From contig JAKMXF010000317.1 in assembly GCA_024704765.1 (NCBI GenBank), forward strand, positions 321,848-385,847: 64,000 nt of DNA, written 5' to 3'. Position 1 is the stretch's first letter, and the number at the start of each line of letters is the position of its first letter. Source of the stretch: Oopsacas minuta (lineage: Eukaryota; Animalia; Porifera). The translations under genes were made by a program, and so were the position numbers. Below the pieces are notes generated by a model. That model was given only the letters and a program-made list of their open reading frames with translations. It was not told the origin of the DNA and did not search any database. Shown here piece by piece: positions 23,733 through 38,100 of the stretch.

Positions 23733-24451
23733 CTAGCAATAATCTGAATTTTGATAACGTTGATGGTTAGACAGTTTCTTCTTCAAATCTTCAAAACTAT
23801 TAACATGCTGTCCTAAGGTTTTCTTTTTTGGTCCCTCTTTATCTCCTCTGTAGACTTCGTTTAATGCGCCAGCACATGGTCTTAAGTAACTAAATTCGTT
23901 CAATTTTGAATCGTTCGTATTATAGATATCCGCTTCAACAATGAAATCAGTTTGATTTATAGTATTTGGAGGAATATTTGCATTCTCGTATAAGTCGTAG
24001 TATGTATTTCTCTTATCAATAATATTTCTCTCTTCTTCCGAGTCTACATCTCCATCTAGATAAAATGGCTCTGTTAGGAGGTTCTCAACTGAATAGCTAC
24101 GTTCGATATAATCAGTTGATCCTTTCATTCCTTTGTGGGTATAATTGTAGTTAGCAGAGGTGTCATGCCTGTAGCTTCCGGCCTCAACTTGGGAAAATAT
24201 TTCGTCATTCTCTCTCTTCCATTGAGTTAGTGTGGCCTTAATTTCTGCAAGAGTTTGTAGATTCTTCTTTGCGATTTTAGAATTTGTCCTTTTTTTCAAA
24301 TCCCTTATGACAAAATCCTTTTGAGGAGCTTTCTTTTGTTTCTTCAAATTTCTTTTCAAGCTCGTTAGTAGAGCACCTATATTCTGCATTGAAATTTCTG
24401 TGAGCAGCGAAAATGCGATTGTGATAATTATAATAATTTGATTTTCTTCAT
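23733..24451 (-). CDS. Hypothetical protein, 218-aa open frame; probably a ~240-aa secreted protein if a 1-nt frameshift in the signal peptide is repaired
   Basis: ORF 23733-24389 extends upstream in frame as IIIIITIAFSLLTEIS. The ATG at 24451 (MKKIK) joins this frame by adding one A to the run CAAATT. Confidence 0.5.
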
Positions 24452-27400
24452 TTTATCTTAGAAATCACAAAGTATTTGATTATATGGACATTCTACGTGT
24501 CCTACTAATATAGGCTAGCCAGCTGTCGATGGAAAATTAAGCCATTCGAACTAGAACTCACATGCATGTGTAACGTACGCATTATGTATATCTATTCCTA
24601 CTAATAATTTCAATGACTTCAATATGCAATAGAAACTGGGTGTTCTTACTATTCTTTGGACGGAAATAAAGTAAGAAAAACTAATCCGACATTCTTTACA
24701 ATCTGAGCATGAAAATAAGGTAAGAAAAAACCGGTGTAAGAAACTGTACGTACTTACAAATGGTATAAGAAACAATTGGAAATAATCAAAATACAAGCGT
24801 CCGTCGCCTTACTCGGCGGATACGTTTCTGAAAATTGGCGTGGACGAAAATTGACGAACGGTGAGACTCTAGTTTAATGAGAATGGAGGGGTTATGTTCC
24901 TAGATTCAAGACACACATAAATAATGTTACTAGATACAATCCCTAAATGTTACTGATTATCTACAAGGAGTTTCATCAATTTTTGATGCATAAAAAGAGA
25001 AACTAATCAAATTTTGTACATGTGATTCACCACTTCTACTTGGTTTTTATATAATAACAATGCACAAAAACATATCATCTATAGTCACCAAAGATAGTGG
25101 TTTTAGGATGGTGTGATCATTTTAGCCCCCCCCCGTAGTTATACACATACATTAAAATAATCCAAATTCCAAATTCTCATTTTCATATCTCTGAGCTGTG
25201 AATTTTACATAGGAAAATACACTATTTCAGTTATCCGAACAATTCCATTTATCCAAACACTAAAATTGAAATTGTATGACGAAGATGATCGGATAATCGA
25301 GGCTGTATTGTACACACATACATACAGATGAATTACGTTTTAATAGTATAGATATAGTAAATAAATTTCTAAACACTCCCATAAACTTAGTTTCAATGAT
25401 TATACTAAGGAGTACGCTGATTCCGAATTTCACAATTTCAAGTTTGCCATTTGTAAGCAATTGTTACTCTTATATAAAATTCGAGGCACGAAGTGCCAAG
25501 TTACACAGTGTTCGCCGCAGCGCAATCAAGCGTAGCGCGCTCGTGACGACAGTCGAAATCATTTTCTTACTATGTATTAATCCTCAGGTTGTATAGAAAT
25601 GTGCAATTTACGTACATTTTCCATCGGTTATTCTTATTATCGGTGTTTTTATACTAAATTTTCGTGCAAAGAAATAGTAAGAAAAAATCTGTTTCAACTG
25701 TACTTTGGTAAATAAAAATGATAAAAGTTTAAGAAAATACAGCCAAATTTATTGTTTATAGAACGGAATAATGAAGTGTGGTGGATCGTAGATGTGTCTT
25801 TTCCACATTTATACATAGAATATAAAAATAATAAAGTCAAATATATTTACTTATAACAAATTTAATACCATCAGGCTTGTCAAAAGGTCCAACATAGTCA
25901 GGTCAGGTCAGGTTATCGTGAACATATTTCATACAGATCAGGTCTCAAGATTAAGAAAGTCATTTTCAGGTTGTTTAACAATCAATTGAGTGCAATTAAC
26001 TCATTTAGGAATGGGGAAACATACACTAAGGAATGGACATACTGCTAGTTTCTACTCAGTATTTATTTTAACGAGAGCCTATTACATTGAAGATATATCA
26101 TACTCGAAACTAGTTGACCGTTTGTCCATAGTTATTTGTCTATGTAGCAATTTGTCGGTCTCCCAACTTTACTATGGTTAGTGTATGATTCATTGCTGAG
26201 TATGATGACATATATTAAACTGAAAGTATAGCAGATTTTAACGTTATAGAACTAAAGATAAGCATTGTAGATAGTTTCCTCAGAAACGAGTGATTAAATC
26301 TATTAAAAGAATCAGGTATCAGATCATTATCTAGTGGTATAACGTGACATATGATTGTGCATTACCCCTAAAAATAATTAGATATACAGATACATGAGAG
26401 AATCGTTTAGGATGTGACGAAATAAAATCAACCACAATAAAAATCTATAATTACAATCTGTGGAGTTTATCCATTAGTTAAATTTGTATAATATGGTACT
26501 ATTGCTGATTTCCCTGATTCAGGGAAATCTTATTCTTTTCGTGGGCATTTTTTCGTTCAAAGATTTTGTCAATTTTCGAAAATACAAAAGATTTTGGGAA
26601 ACTAATTATCCTAATTTGTAGGTCAAAACTCAAAAATGGCGTAAATTTCAACAAAGATATTCTTCTAGAGGGTGCTGATAAAATATATTCACAGGTATTG
26701 GAGCTATTTTCTAGCCGCCGGCGCTTATTTAAGGATATATGGTCATTGGAAGCACTATGTGAATTTAAGGTAAATTTAACCTTTCATTGTGCTTCCAATT
26801 TATAGTGTCACTATATACAAATTTAAGTAATAGACTAATCTATTGTGACTTTAGATTTTGTATATATTGAACTAATCCAACTCAACATATGAGAAATTTG
26901 GAATCGCAAAAATTTAGAATTTAGCGTACCTGCGCTGTTCAGATTAACTCTCTAGTCTCTACACATAATTTTGGTTTGTTTTACATCTCGGAGTTGCGAA
27001 ATTCAACTTTAAAATAGCATGCGTGTGTTTGCGATCAATTGCGAGATTGGCAGACTCACAAATTTACCAATTATAATTATAATTATAATTGGTAATAACT
27101 TGCTTTATATAAAACTACAGAATAAATATTTTCTATTTCGGGAAAATTATTGGACTGTTTTTCTGCAGAATTTTCATCAAATAGTCAATTTTATAGAAAT
27201 GTGAAACCTGAATTTACCGGATTTGGTGACTCATAATATTACAATTCACAAAAATTACAAAATAATCTTGACTGAAAATATATCCCAAACAAAAACCATA
27301 ACTAACAAACTAAACTACCTTTTACTACTATCCTACAAAAATATAGGCTGCTATTTCGGGAAGAAGGCTGAGGGTGAGAGGGAGGTATTATTGGCCAATA

Positions 27401-29168
27401 AAGCGGAGAGGGAGATGTGGTAGGAGTGGAGACGGGAGGAATATAGAGGGCACAGGGGGGAGAAGATGCCCAGTACGGGAAACACAAAGAGAGATGGTGG
27501 AGAAGGGGATGAATTTGTAAAGTGGATACACTTAAATAATTTAGATTATAGGATAATATTCTCTATCTTATTGATCTCAAATATTACAATACACTATTTA
27601 CATTTTATGCTAATACACGGGAGCCAGTCACCTAGTACCTATTTCAACTCGTACCTCTTATTTTCCTCAAATTGCACCTATTTTCCACCCACACAATGCT
27701 GTCTTAGGGTATTTCTTGTTACTTGTTGAACCATACTTTTTGTTCTAGTTATAGACGCACCTCCAGGAGTTGATCAGAGGAGTTTATGCCCCCTCGATCT
27801 TGAGTTGATTAGGGACGAGTCGATGTAGGGTACTAGTTGAAATAGGCGAGTTGACTGACAATCGAATGCATTATAAAAGAATGTACTCCACTGCTGCGGC
27901 GAATAAGTCAGTGCAATTCATAGAATATATTTTACAATGTAAACGCGAGATTGTTGTACACCAATTATCTGGCAATCGCGAAAATACAATTTGGTTATTC
28001 TCGCGTTTACACCAGTGTAAACCCGAATAGTGTTGTAGAAATCTAGATTGTTCAATGAAGACTTAGTACAGATAAATATTAATACGTATTATACATTCAA
28101 GCTACAATTTATGGTGACGTAATTTCTATTAGGCTGATTTCTGCAATAAATATTTTGCGTCAAAACATTAGTTCTCGAATTGTTAAGGTGTCAGTGCGGT
28201 ATTTATTCTAATTAGTATGGATCAGGCTTTTATCTGGGTGCGTGATTTTGGAAAATAATTATGAGGGTAGCTAGATAGACATTTCAAGATGTTACGTATA
28301 CATCAGGTATTAGGGTAGTGCACGTAAAGAATATGTTTGCTTTAGGATATTTAGTAGTAGACAAATCTAATAAACTCTTTACTGAAGTCAATAAGGTTGG
28401 TGCATGATTATTTTCACAATATAATAGGCTAATATTATCTTAGCTAGAATTGATGTTTGGTACAATCACAGCAAGATCCAAGTTCAAACCAATTATCTTA
28501 TGACTTTCTAGATGGAAGAATATTCTCCTTAATCCATAATTGATATGTATACGTATGTATAAAGTATTTTGCATCTCTCATTGGGAGATCAAGTTTAAAT
28601 TAGTTAATAATAATGTATGTTATTGAAATACACTAAATATATGAGGATGCATAGCCGCAACCAGAGCCATCTTGTATCCTCCCAGATTCAAAACAACTGA
28701 CAAAAGTGGAATTTAGTGATTTCTTAACTGAATTTCTGATGTATCAAAATAGGTCATACTTATCGTCCCAGTTTCTTTTACAGTGGTCCTGGGACTGAGG
28801 GTCCGCCGTTGATTTGTCAATAGATGGGCAGCGGTTAAATTGCAATTTTTATATGATCAAGGCAAAATAAAAGTTTGAGCCTATCTCAAGGCCTTTTGGG
28901 GTTACGGAGAGGAATTATTACCACTTTTAACATGCAGGTGAAGTGGCATTAAATTCTGTTAGTAGGCGAAATGGTGGTCCTAACTCTAAATTCAATCTAT
29001 CGTAGTCCAAATTCCGACTTAGGAAAGGCCAAATTCAGGTATCAGTTTGAATATTGTATTTACTCATTCAATTAATATTTTAGTATTAAAGATAAATAGC
29101 ACTTTCATTGCATAAAGCAGCTGATTTATAAGTGTATTATTAAAAATATAATACAAATCTAATATACA

Positions 29169-30314
29169 TTATGCATGACTAATCTTTCTTTTCGGTGTTT
29201 TATCTACTTGTGTGGCTTGGCTAAATTCTAATTTAAACTCTAATCCGTCTCCTTTTTGTAGAGAGAGATGTGCTTTCAGAGATTCTTTCACTCTCATCGA
29301 ATCTTTACTAATAGAAAAACCAAGCATTTCCATCATTCCAATCAGTGCCAAGTTGCTACCATTTTGTGGGTTATGGTATGTAGATCCTGCTTCATTGCCT
29401 TGTAAGATGGTTAAATTCTTCCTACTAAAGTCAAGTAGTTCACCCTCTGAGATGTGATAGTGAGTATTTTCAATGCAAGGCTCACTATGACTACGTAATG
29501 TTTGGTATTCTTGACAGGAAGCAGATCCTTCGATCGTACAGTCTGGTAAACTAATGGTAGGAGAGATTTTATTGGCAGACGAATAGCTTGCATTCAGTGA
29601 CTGGTTGAATCTCTCCATCTTTTGGTCGTGTTTGTAGCTTGTAGTGATAAGTGCATGTTTGAATAGTTTCTCGTAGGCAGCATCGTTCCATTTTGGAGAG
29701 AATGTATACCCTCTCCCAGCAAGACAGCCAAGCAACATAGGCAATGCTATGCTCACAAACACTGTACAATACTCCCATTTAACTGCGCTTATACTAACGT
29801 TCTTGTAGATGATATGTTTAGGTAATCCACTGGCTAGCTGCATTACCTTAGACACGTGCCGAGTCAGCTGATCACGCTTCAATAGACTGGACTGTATAGA
29901 GGTATCACTGGCAATAGAATGTGAGGAAGAGAAGGGAAAAGAGCTAGGAAGGAATTGCAACTTTAAACATACTTGTTTTGTATTGCCGGATAGAGCAGGG
30001 AGAGTAGCTTTACAAGTGGGTATAGTCAAGTTAATCAGAGTTGTAAGTTCTTTAGCAGCAATCTGATAGTAACTTGATAGATCTTCTGTGAATAGATTAA
30101 TTGCTTTGGCTACATCTTTCGAAGAGATGGAAGTGATCGAAAAACCAAGTTGTTCTTTGAATTGTTGTTTTAACGCTACTGAACTTGCTGGGTAAGATGA
30201 AATCTCCTGGTACGATTTATGGACACGAATATTATGAGGACCACAACACGAAATTTTCCTTGATATTAAAGGAGAATATGACGCTGATTGATGACTTATT
30301 GATCTTTGAAACAT
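29169..30314 (-). CDS. Intronless hypothetical protein, about 381 aa, with a possible mitochondrial presequence
   Basis: Long ORF in AT-rich DNA; first ATG at 30314. The N-terminus (MFQRSISHQSASYSPLISRKIS) is Ser/Arg-rich with no acidic residues. No family recognised. Confidence 0.7.
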   Translation of the reverse strand: MFQRSISHQSASYSPLISRKISCCGPHNIRVHKSYQEISSYPASSVALKQQFKEQLGFSITSISSKDVAKAINLFTEDLSSYYQIAAKELTTLINLTIPTCKATLPALSGNTKQVCLKLQFLPSSFPFSSSHSIASDTSIQSSLLKRDQLTRHVSKVMQLASGLPKHIIYKNVSISAVKWEYCTVFVSIALPMLLGCLAGRGYTFSPKWNDAAYEKLFKHALITTSYKHDQKMERFNQSLNASYSSANKISPTISLPDCTIEGSASCQEYQTLRSHSEPCIENTHYHISEGELLDFSRKNLTILQGNEAGSTYHNPQNGSNLALIGMMEMLGFSISKDSMRVKESLKAHLSLQKGDGLEFKLEFSQATQVDKTPKRKISHA

Positions 30315-31823
30315 TTTAAATAATAATAACAATAATTTGTATAAATAATTACAATTTTGTGATATAATTCAATCATATATTAAATATATAATTTATTTCG
30401 TAGTATTTATAGTAATCGGATATGCCAGTTGTATAATATTATATTCTATGTAGTTCTGCTTAGTAATATCAGTAATGAGAGCTATAGAAACAGTACATAT
30501 GACAGACTACAATCTACATTAATAGCCAATTGATATTAACTAGTATTGTTCAGTTATTCCTTGCACTTCATTCAGGAAAAAATCATATAAAATCCTATTA
30601 ATAATTCCCTTATATAATCCCCGTTGGTTAATTGCGTAATAGAAAATTGATTATTTCAAGCAATGTGACATTTATACTGATTTATCTTTGGCCAGAAAGA
30701 TAAATCAGTTCTTTGTAATTATTTGAAGCCATAAATATTAGTAAATTAAATATGGCGGTTTGAGAAATACATCAATAGTATTATAGTACAAATGAATTGA
30801 TGAACGAAAATTGTGGGGGGGGGGCAATAAACAGTTTGGCGGATTATCCGGGGTGGCACTGTATTTAACGAAGGTAGACTGTAAATTATGATAATCCATC
30901 CGATAGAGTGGTAATGCAGCTCAGGGTCCACTCTCTACCGATTACCATTGACTAGCCGTTAAATCTTAAATATAGCTTCAATTCTATTATCGGCTAAATT
31001 TGTCAAAATGTGATTAATCATATGACCCATTAGAAATATAGATTTTAAAATATCTAACCCCCGTTAAAACTCGAATCTGATTGTTCTAACCTTAACCACT
31101 CCCCAGGTACACATCAGTATCAGTACATCTACAAACCAAATAGTCCCATGTGGTAATTTATATATGATTAGGACCAGTATACTTCTCAATAAATAGAATA
31201 TTAGAAACATGAAACAAAGAAGACAAATAAATGAGAGATGATAATTTTTGGTAGAGTAGTTTGCAAACTACAAGAATTATAGAAATGGAACTCTGATTAA
31301 TATCTTTTAAGATTCTAAATTGGTAATATCTGTTTATTATTTATAGAAACGCCCATAACATTGACGTTATGTAACTTAGCTAAAGTACTAAATCAGTCTG
31401 AGTCATAATTGTATAGCAAATTATCCTGATGCAAAAACACAAAGAATCAAATATATATTATGATAGATTTACGGAAATTTCCATAATCTTCTCTTATTTC
31501 TTAGTTATGATTACTTCCTAGATTACGCTATAAGTATATGCTAAGATAGTATGCGATATTTAATGAAATAAACTTTATTACTCTCCTGATAAGCATAACG
31601 GTTAGGCCACTCATGTGTGCTATCCAGCATCGTAACAAGCTTATGACAACCAGTCCTACCATAAATATAACCGAACCCGATCAGCCACTCATCAGTAATA
31701 GAACTAATATTTTTATTACATAAACCGAGCGGACGCCTTCCCTATCATATTTATGGTACCACGTAGTGCTTTCGCAAAAATAGTTTATCATGAACTTTGA
31801 GGCTAGTCAGATTAACTAAACGG

Positions 31824-32059
31824 CAGTGTTCTCGTCAGGATTATGTAATAGGGGGGTGCGCCGTACACACTCTGTGCACAATACGCGTAAAAATACACCC
31901 TTAAGGAAAAAGAAGATGATGACACGTTTTTTGGGTGAATATATAACATTGTTTATCCATGATAGAGGGGGACACTATGTCTATTTAGGCACGATAGAGG
32001 GGTGCATAATCACAATAAGGGGTGGCTGCGCCCCCCAAAAATGCCTAGCGAGAACACTG
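31824..32059. mobile_element. hAT-type MITE, 236 bp
   Basis: TIRs CAGTGTTCTCGTCAGG / CCTAGCGAGAACACTG; perfect 8-bp TSD CTAAACGG at 31816-31823 and 32060-32067. Confidence 0.9.
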
Positions 32060-32310
32060 CTAAACGGATCTAAGCCAGTATACTGTTTAGTATAATATAA
32101 ATAATATAATGTTAGCCAAAAATTGATAAACATTTAGCAAAAATTCTATTAAAATTAAATAAATGACAGTTTTCAAGTTAGATGCGAAAGTGGATATAAA
32201 AGTAAACGGAAATCGATAGTATTAGTAATAACATATCATTTAAGGTAATTTAATTGTTTACCATCCCCTCCCAGAAAATATTTCAAGCTGTAATATCATT
32301 TTTAATGAAT

Positions 32311-32690
32311 ACTAGCGCGCTTCGCTTGCTCTTGCTACGCGGTTGCGAACACTTCGTGTCCGCACTCTGGCCTACGGCCCTCGAGTACATAAACTCATAA
32401 CCTTAACAGTAGCAAATATGATACTGCCATAATCTTTAAATCCGCTTACTTTATGATTACAAAAGTAAAAAATATTCACAATCTGCTGTTTACATTGCAA
32501 ATCTTCGGACTCAGTTTAACCGTAGAAAGTATGAATCTATTGAAATTGCCTACTTTCTACACCTAAAAGTACAGAAAGTAAGCCAATTCAACTTCTATTT
32601 GTTAACATTATATTCATAAAAACAACAATAAATTTACATTTGATTAATCCAAAAGTGTGAAAATCAGATTCAGTATATTCGATATATTTA
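32311..32690 (-). mobile_element. Non-autonomous Helitron/Helentron-like element; related fragments near 15290, 17910-18120, 23450, 25490, 36670, 40650 and 53110-53260
   Basis: The minus strand ends ...GAGCAAGCGAAGCGCGCTAGT (CTAG-T terminus after a GC-rich pseudo-palindrome). The GCGAAGCG / CACTTCGTG / GGCCTACGGCCCTCG core recurs across the window. Confidence 0.5.
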
Positions 32691-33205
32691 GTAAAGTTTT
32701 ATTGAATTTTATATATTTCCTTGGTAAACACGATTAATACATAATTATGTGACAATTGAGATTTAATAATATAGATAATACGTACACCAAAATAACAAAT
32801 AAATACTGCTATCTTCAGAATTATGAGTAAAAATACTTTAAGCGCTATCCCCAAGTAGAAGTTCGAAATCGGTAGTGTTGTTCGGATGAATTAGCAAGGG
32901 AGAAAGTAAAGAGCCCAGGGTCAGTTTTGAGTTGATTGCATATACTAACTGTTTAACCGATTCTAAAATTGGAAACGAAGGTTTTATTTGTGCCCCTTTA
33001 GATGATCATTTTTCCTTAATATCCATGTGAATTAATTCCTACTCTCCCAGATGCTGCCTATTTATCTTATCATAATTAACAAATAATATTCATCTAGATT
33101 TATATAAATAAAAGCAATCAAACAATCAGGATTTATTCTAGAGTTGTAGAAATCTCCAAAATGATAATTGTACTCTCAGAATTTAATCTGCTAGGAAGTT
33201 CCAAT

Positions 33206-35061
33206 CTAAATCCGCTCTTGTATAAAAGTCACGTAAGACTGTATTATCTGAGTTCTGTCAGGCTCTATTTCATTGTGAAGTTCGTGTCTGGCAGCTGGCC
33301 ATATCTAAAGGGTAGCCTATGTAACAATTTAGTTACCCAATCAACTCAGTATTCTTATCTAAACTCTTTGAATAGTTCTGCTTACGGTAGAGTTAACAAA
33401 TTTTGTACTACATTTATGGAATTTAATCTAAGAATGTTAAAGGATGTGTTTAAAGAAATCTGAAAGTAATGGGTGCATACAAAGGTGTTAATGGAAATTA
33501 CGTAAGAATCATACTCGAAATAGAAAAGACAGAATGGTGAAGTTTAAAGTTTAAGAGTGACGGAATGAGCCAATCATCTTATTTAAGCAATACACTAACC
33601 TTGATTTGCTTGTCTTCACTTTGAATGGCATTGAATACTAGATGAGAATTGCCTACAAAAGTAAACGTATCGTCTCCGCCATGGAAAACGAGTGTAGGCA
33701 AATGTATTTCACCGAGACGAGGTAGAACAGCTTCTCCTCTTGTAATTATGCTAGCTCCCATACCAGCTTTGATACCTTCAGTGTAGTTCAGAGGATCTTC
33801 TGCGTATTTTCTAACCTAACATAATTAAATGAAGCTTAACAATAGCTGAATGACAAAAATTATGTGTAAGTCAGTACGCGACAAATATTGTTAATTATAA
33901 AGACTACTACAGACCCGGACACTTTAAATAGCTTCCGACAGCCCTGTACATAGCATAGCATAGATATTTCACATTCTTGTTGATAGTCATCACAATTCAG
34001 TGGACCTTCGCTAATGCGAACAGGCATAATACAATCAACAGAAATGGTCGAACATTTGAAAAAACTAATTGTATCCAATTCTACAACGTAAAATATATAA
34101 TACAGAAAAACTTCCTAAAGATGAACACCTTTTCTTGGTCCTAAAATGTTTTCTATTGCTACACACAATATCATGGAAAGTGGACACCTTACATATGTGA
34201 ATATATTGGCTGGTCCCCAGGATGTTCACTTCCTAAAGGTTTTACTGTATTCTGTTCTATACATTAGCAGTTGTTTCATTGTTTGTACGACATTCTTAAA
34301 ATTGTAGCCATAAATCCCATAGTACAGTGCAACCCCTATAAGTGGGTCTCTATATAATGGAGAATTTTTATAAGCAGCGAAATTTTGGTCCACATTCAGT
34401 CATTTCCATAGAAACATAGCTCAATAAACGGAGAGTGAGGAAGGGGCATACTTTAGAGATAATTTTGCCTCCCACCATTGAATTTAACCTTTATAAGTAT
34501 AAGCGGAGAATTCTAAGATAAATTTCTTAAATAATACATTTTTGTGCAAAATTTGGAAAACAAACTTATTTATCGCTATTATGAATTGAAATATTTGTGA
34601 TTCCTCAGATGATATTGAATTTCAAATTTTTATATTCAACCATCAACAACCTTAGGACATATTGTAATAATCAAATATCTTTAAAAAAACAGTCGTTTGC
34701 AGCAGTGGTTATACATATTGAATCAAAAATCTCTGTTTATTGGACATTTTAGGTTGATATTATAATTGGGAGAATGGTGCTTCTCAGGAGTTTCTCAGTA
34801 CCGACCTCCCCCACTCATAGAGGTTCTACTGTATCCGTATCAAGTTCCCTGATTCCACAAAAACCGTTTGTAGAAGTTTCACTATAGCATGAACTTAGTA
34901 TACATAGATTGTGTTTAACACACCTCATTTTCATCTCTAGAAACGCCTACAGGATCTAATTTCTTTATTTTGATCGAAGGGGCTAACCACGCAACGATTT
35001 TTCCAAAGAATATCTACATAAATAAGAATATAATGGAGTAATCAAACTCAATATTGTAAGA

Positions 35062-35124
<63 letters not shown>

Positions 35125-38100
35125 GACGGGCCAGGCAGTACAGATATTGAAGTGGTCCGATTAAACCGTATCAGCCCCTAAGAAAGTGGTCCGAATGAAA
35201 TCTCACTTAACATTGAAACATTACTGCCAGCATCAAAAAGTGGTCCGGTTAAAATGTGTCAAAAATTAAATCTCCTCCTGTACTATTTTACATTTTATCA
35301 TAGCCAATTATTTATTTTTTGTGTAGAAACAGTTTAGATTGTTTTGTATTTCAACATTTTAATCAAAGATCAATATTTATTGCTCTACGTGGCAGCTAAG
35401 ATAGATCAATTTCACCAAATTATTGTTTACTAAGCAGATAGATTGACACATTTCGACAAGAAATTTGCTTTTCTGGATTGACCTCATGCATATCTACAGT
35501 GATGTAATACTAATATTCGGTACGAAGTGAAATTAATACATTCCATTTATGAACTGAAGCTGAGATTTTAAGGATATTACCATATATAGAAACTGGAACG
35601 CATAATCTACATTCTACAAAATTAGGCAATCAATGTTATCTACGGAGTCCCTAAACTTCTTGAAGGTCATCCACAACATCTATGATATTTACTAAGGTTG
35701 TATTGAAAATAAGTTCTTAGAAATATTAATTGAGTTGATTACATATATTATTCATATAAAACACAGCAACAGATCACAATTTACAAACAATAGATAGACT
35801 TGTATAAGTATTTATGAATCAATGCTTTCTGAATCAACAATCTATATTTAGATTAAGCGTTTTTACAGAACTCAAGAAATAATTCAGAATGGAATTACTG
35901 TTGCAATTAGTTACTTTCACAATTCTGCAAAGAAGGACATAGAAGAATTAGTTATACATTGCGCATTGAAAAATAAAGTAAATTTAGAATTGATAAATCA
36001 TTATTTTCAGGTTACATGTTGGAACACAATTGAAGAGAGTTATTTCATGTATCGTATTTCCCTGAATAAGCGCCGGGGCCATAAAATAAACTTGTGAATA
36101 AAATCACCACCCACTAGATGAATATGTTTGCTGATATTTACGCATTAGAGTTATTTATAGTTAACCCATATTTCTGAATTTCCTCGCCCGGATTTCATAA
36201 ACGTAATCACTTCATTCAGTAACATAAATTCTAAGGTAAGATTAACTTCTTTGTAGTTTTACATGGAGTATTTGGTAATTAAATACAATCTATATTATTA
36301 AATCTCAATTGTTGTCTGTTTGTTTGTTTGTTTGTTTGTTTGTCCGTTGTCAAGGAAAGGATTTACGATATGCAATTTTGAAATTGTCGTATAACTATGT
36401 ATTTATCGTGTTTATCAAAGAAGTAAATAGAATTCAATAAAACTTCACTAAATATATCGAACATGCTGAATCCGATTTTCACACTTTTGGATTAATCATA
36501 TGTAAATTTATTGTTGTTTTTATTAATATAAAGTAAACAAATTTCCAAATTGAGGTAGAATCATACTTTCAACGACTATGCTAGTATACTCGAGTATGCT
36601 GAGTCTGAATATTGTAAACAACATCAATATTATTAAATCTCAATTGTTGTTTGTTTGTTTGTCCGTTGATTACCTCGATGCGCAATGCGCGAGTTCATTG
36701 CGAAGCGACGAGCCAAAGCCTCGTATACAGAAAATTAAAATGCTTCAAAAATTGAAAGTATAGTTGCTGTTGTTGCGAAGAAATCTCTAACCAACCCAAA
36801 TTACTACAATATAATTATCAAAATTCCAATTATGCCACTTTCCCTGATAATAAGTTTGATATAAAATAGCTTCCTCAGGGTTAAATTCATATTATGTATG
36901 TACTTATAAAGTCATTTATTCGACATACAGTGTACCTCCCTTATGTTCGGAAGTGGAAGATTCTACTGTTATTAGAAGGCTAGAGAAAGTTGCAAAACAT
37001 AGCCAAACAATATACACTACGTTAGTAGAATAGAATTAAATATCTATGTGTATCATGTACTATAAGGATATTCTTGAGAATATCATAATTATAACGAGAT
37101 AAGAGTTATCTATTCTATCATGTAATAACGTGGAGATCCTAATTAGATTTACATTCAGGCGTTTATTATTATATATTTCAATCATGCTAAACAGAATGTC
37201 ACGCAATTATCTATCAAAAATAATCTGTATTCGTAGCAATACATATTTCTACATATAAAATTTATAGTAACATATATTGCTACGAAATATAGCAACCACT
37301 TTAGTGAAGTACATCATGGGGTCTAGGAAGATTTGTAATTTGTTGCTACGAATAAAATTCCAAATATAACTGCGAGGCTTTGGCACGTCCCTCCGCTCCT
37401 CAATGTATCTCATGAGCTTAGGTAGACTATGAAAAGATTACCTGCATAGTAATGAAAAGTGGGGAGGCCGCCTAGCGCCTCGATTCCCACGCCATTGTAT
37501 ACCTCTGGAAGTATAAATGTTGAAAAGTACAATAAAAATTCGAAATTTAGAATCAATGTACCGTACTTGCTTACCTCATATTAGCAGTTAATAGCAAGTC
37601 TTTACGTATATTTTGAGACAAAAGATAATTAACTTTATCTTCATAAACAATTGGCACATTTTGATAACCTTTTTTGCTTTGTTGATTTGGAGACATGATA
37701 TTCTACATATCTGTAATACAGTAAACATTGGATTTAACGACACTCGTTTGGGCAGGCAAAATATGTCGCTAAATTCAATGTGTCGTTATATCAGAGGTGG
37801 TGTGTGCAGAATAATGCTGCGAGATTCTGGGCAAGCAAAAATGGGTCGTTCTAAGCGGTTTGTCGTTCAAGCCGATGTCGTTAAATCTAATGTTTACTGT
37901 ATATTTACTTAGGCATAAAAGTACTGTTTGTGCGATACGAAACAATTCTGTATATGTCATACAATATTCAGCCTATGCATTTTTGACTGTGGTTTGGCTT
38001 TATCACGTCCGTGTAATATAGTAGTCCGTGGTTTCATAATATCAAAGCTAGGAAATTCATGCAGTGAATAGTCTATTGTAACATGTGTATATTTCCAATT

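Noticed and set aside
27380-27510. Purine-rich GA tract and its ORFs (27223-27423, 27302-27487, 27466-27729)
   Set aside because: Low-complexity strand-biased sequence with no recognisable protein or RNA motif.
28150-28500. Possible very old hAT C-terminal remnant on the minus strand
   Set aside because: Only faint motif resemblance across several frames with many stops; cannot be supported without an HMM search.
35820-36100. About 80-codon stop-free plus-strand frame inside an MGLL intron
   Set aside because: No ATG or convincing exon partner, and no recognisable homology.
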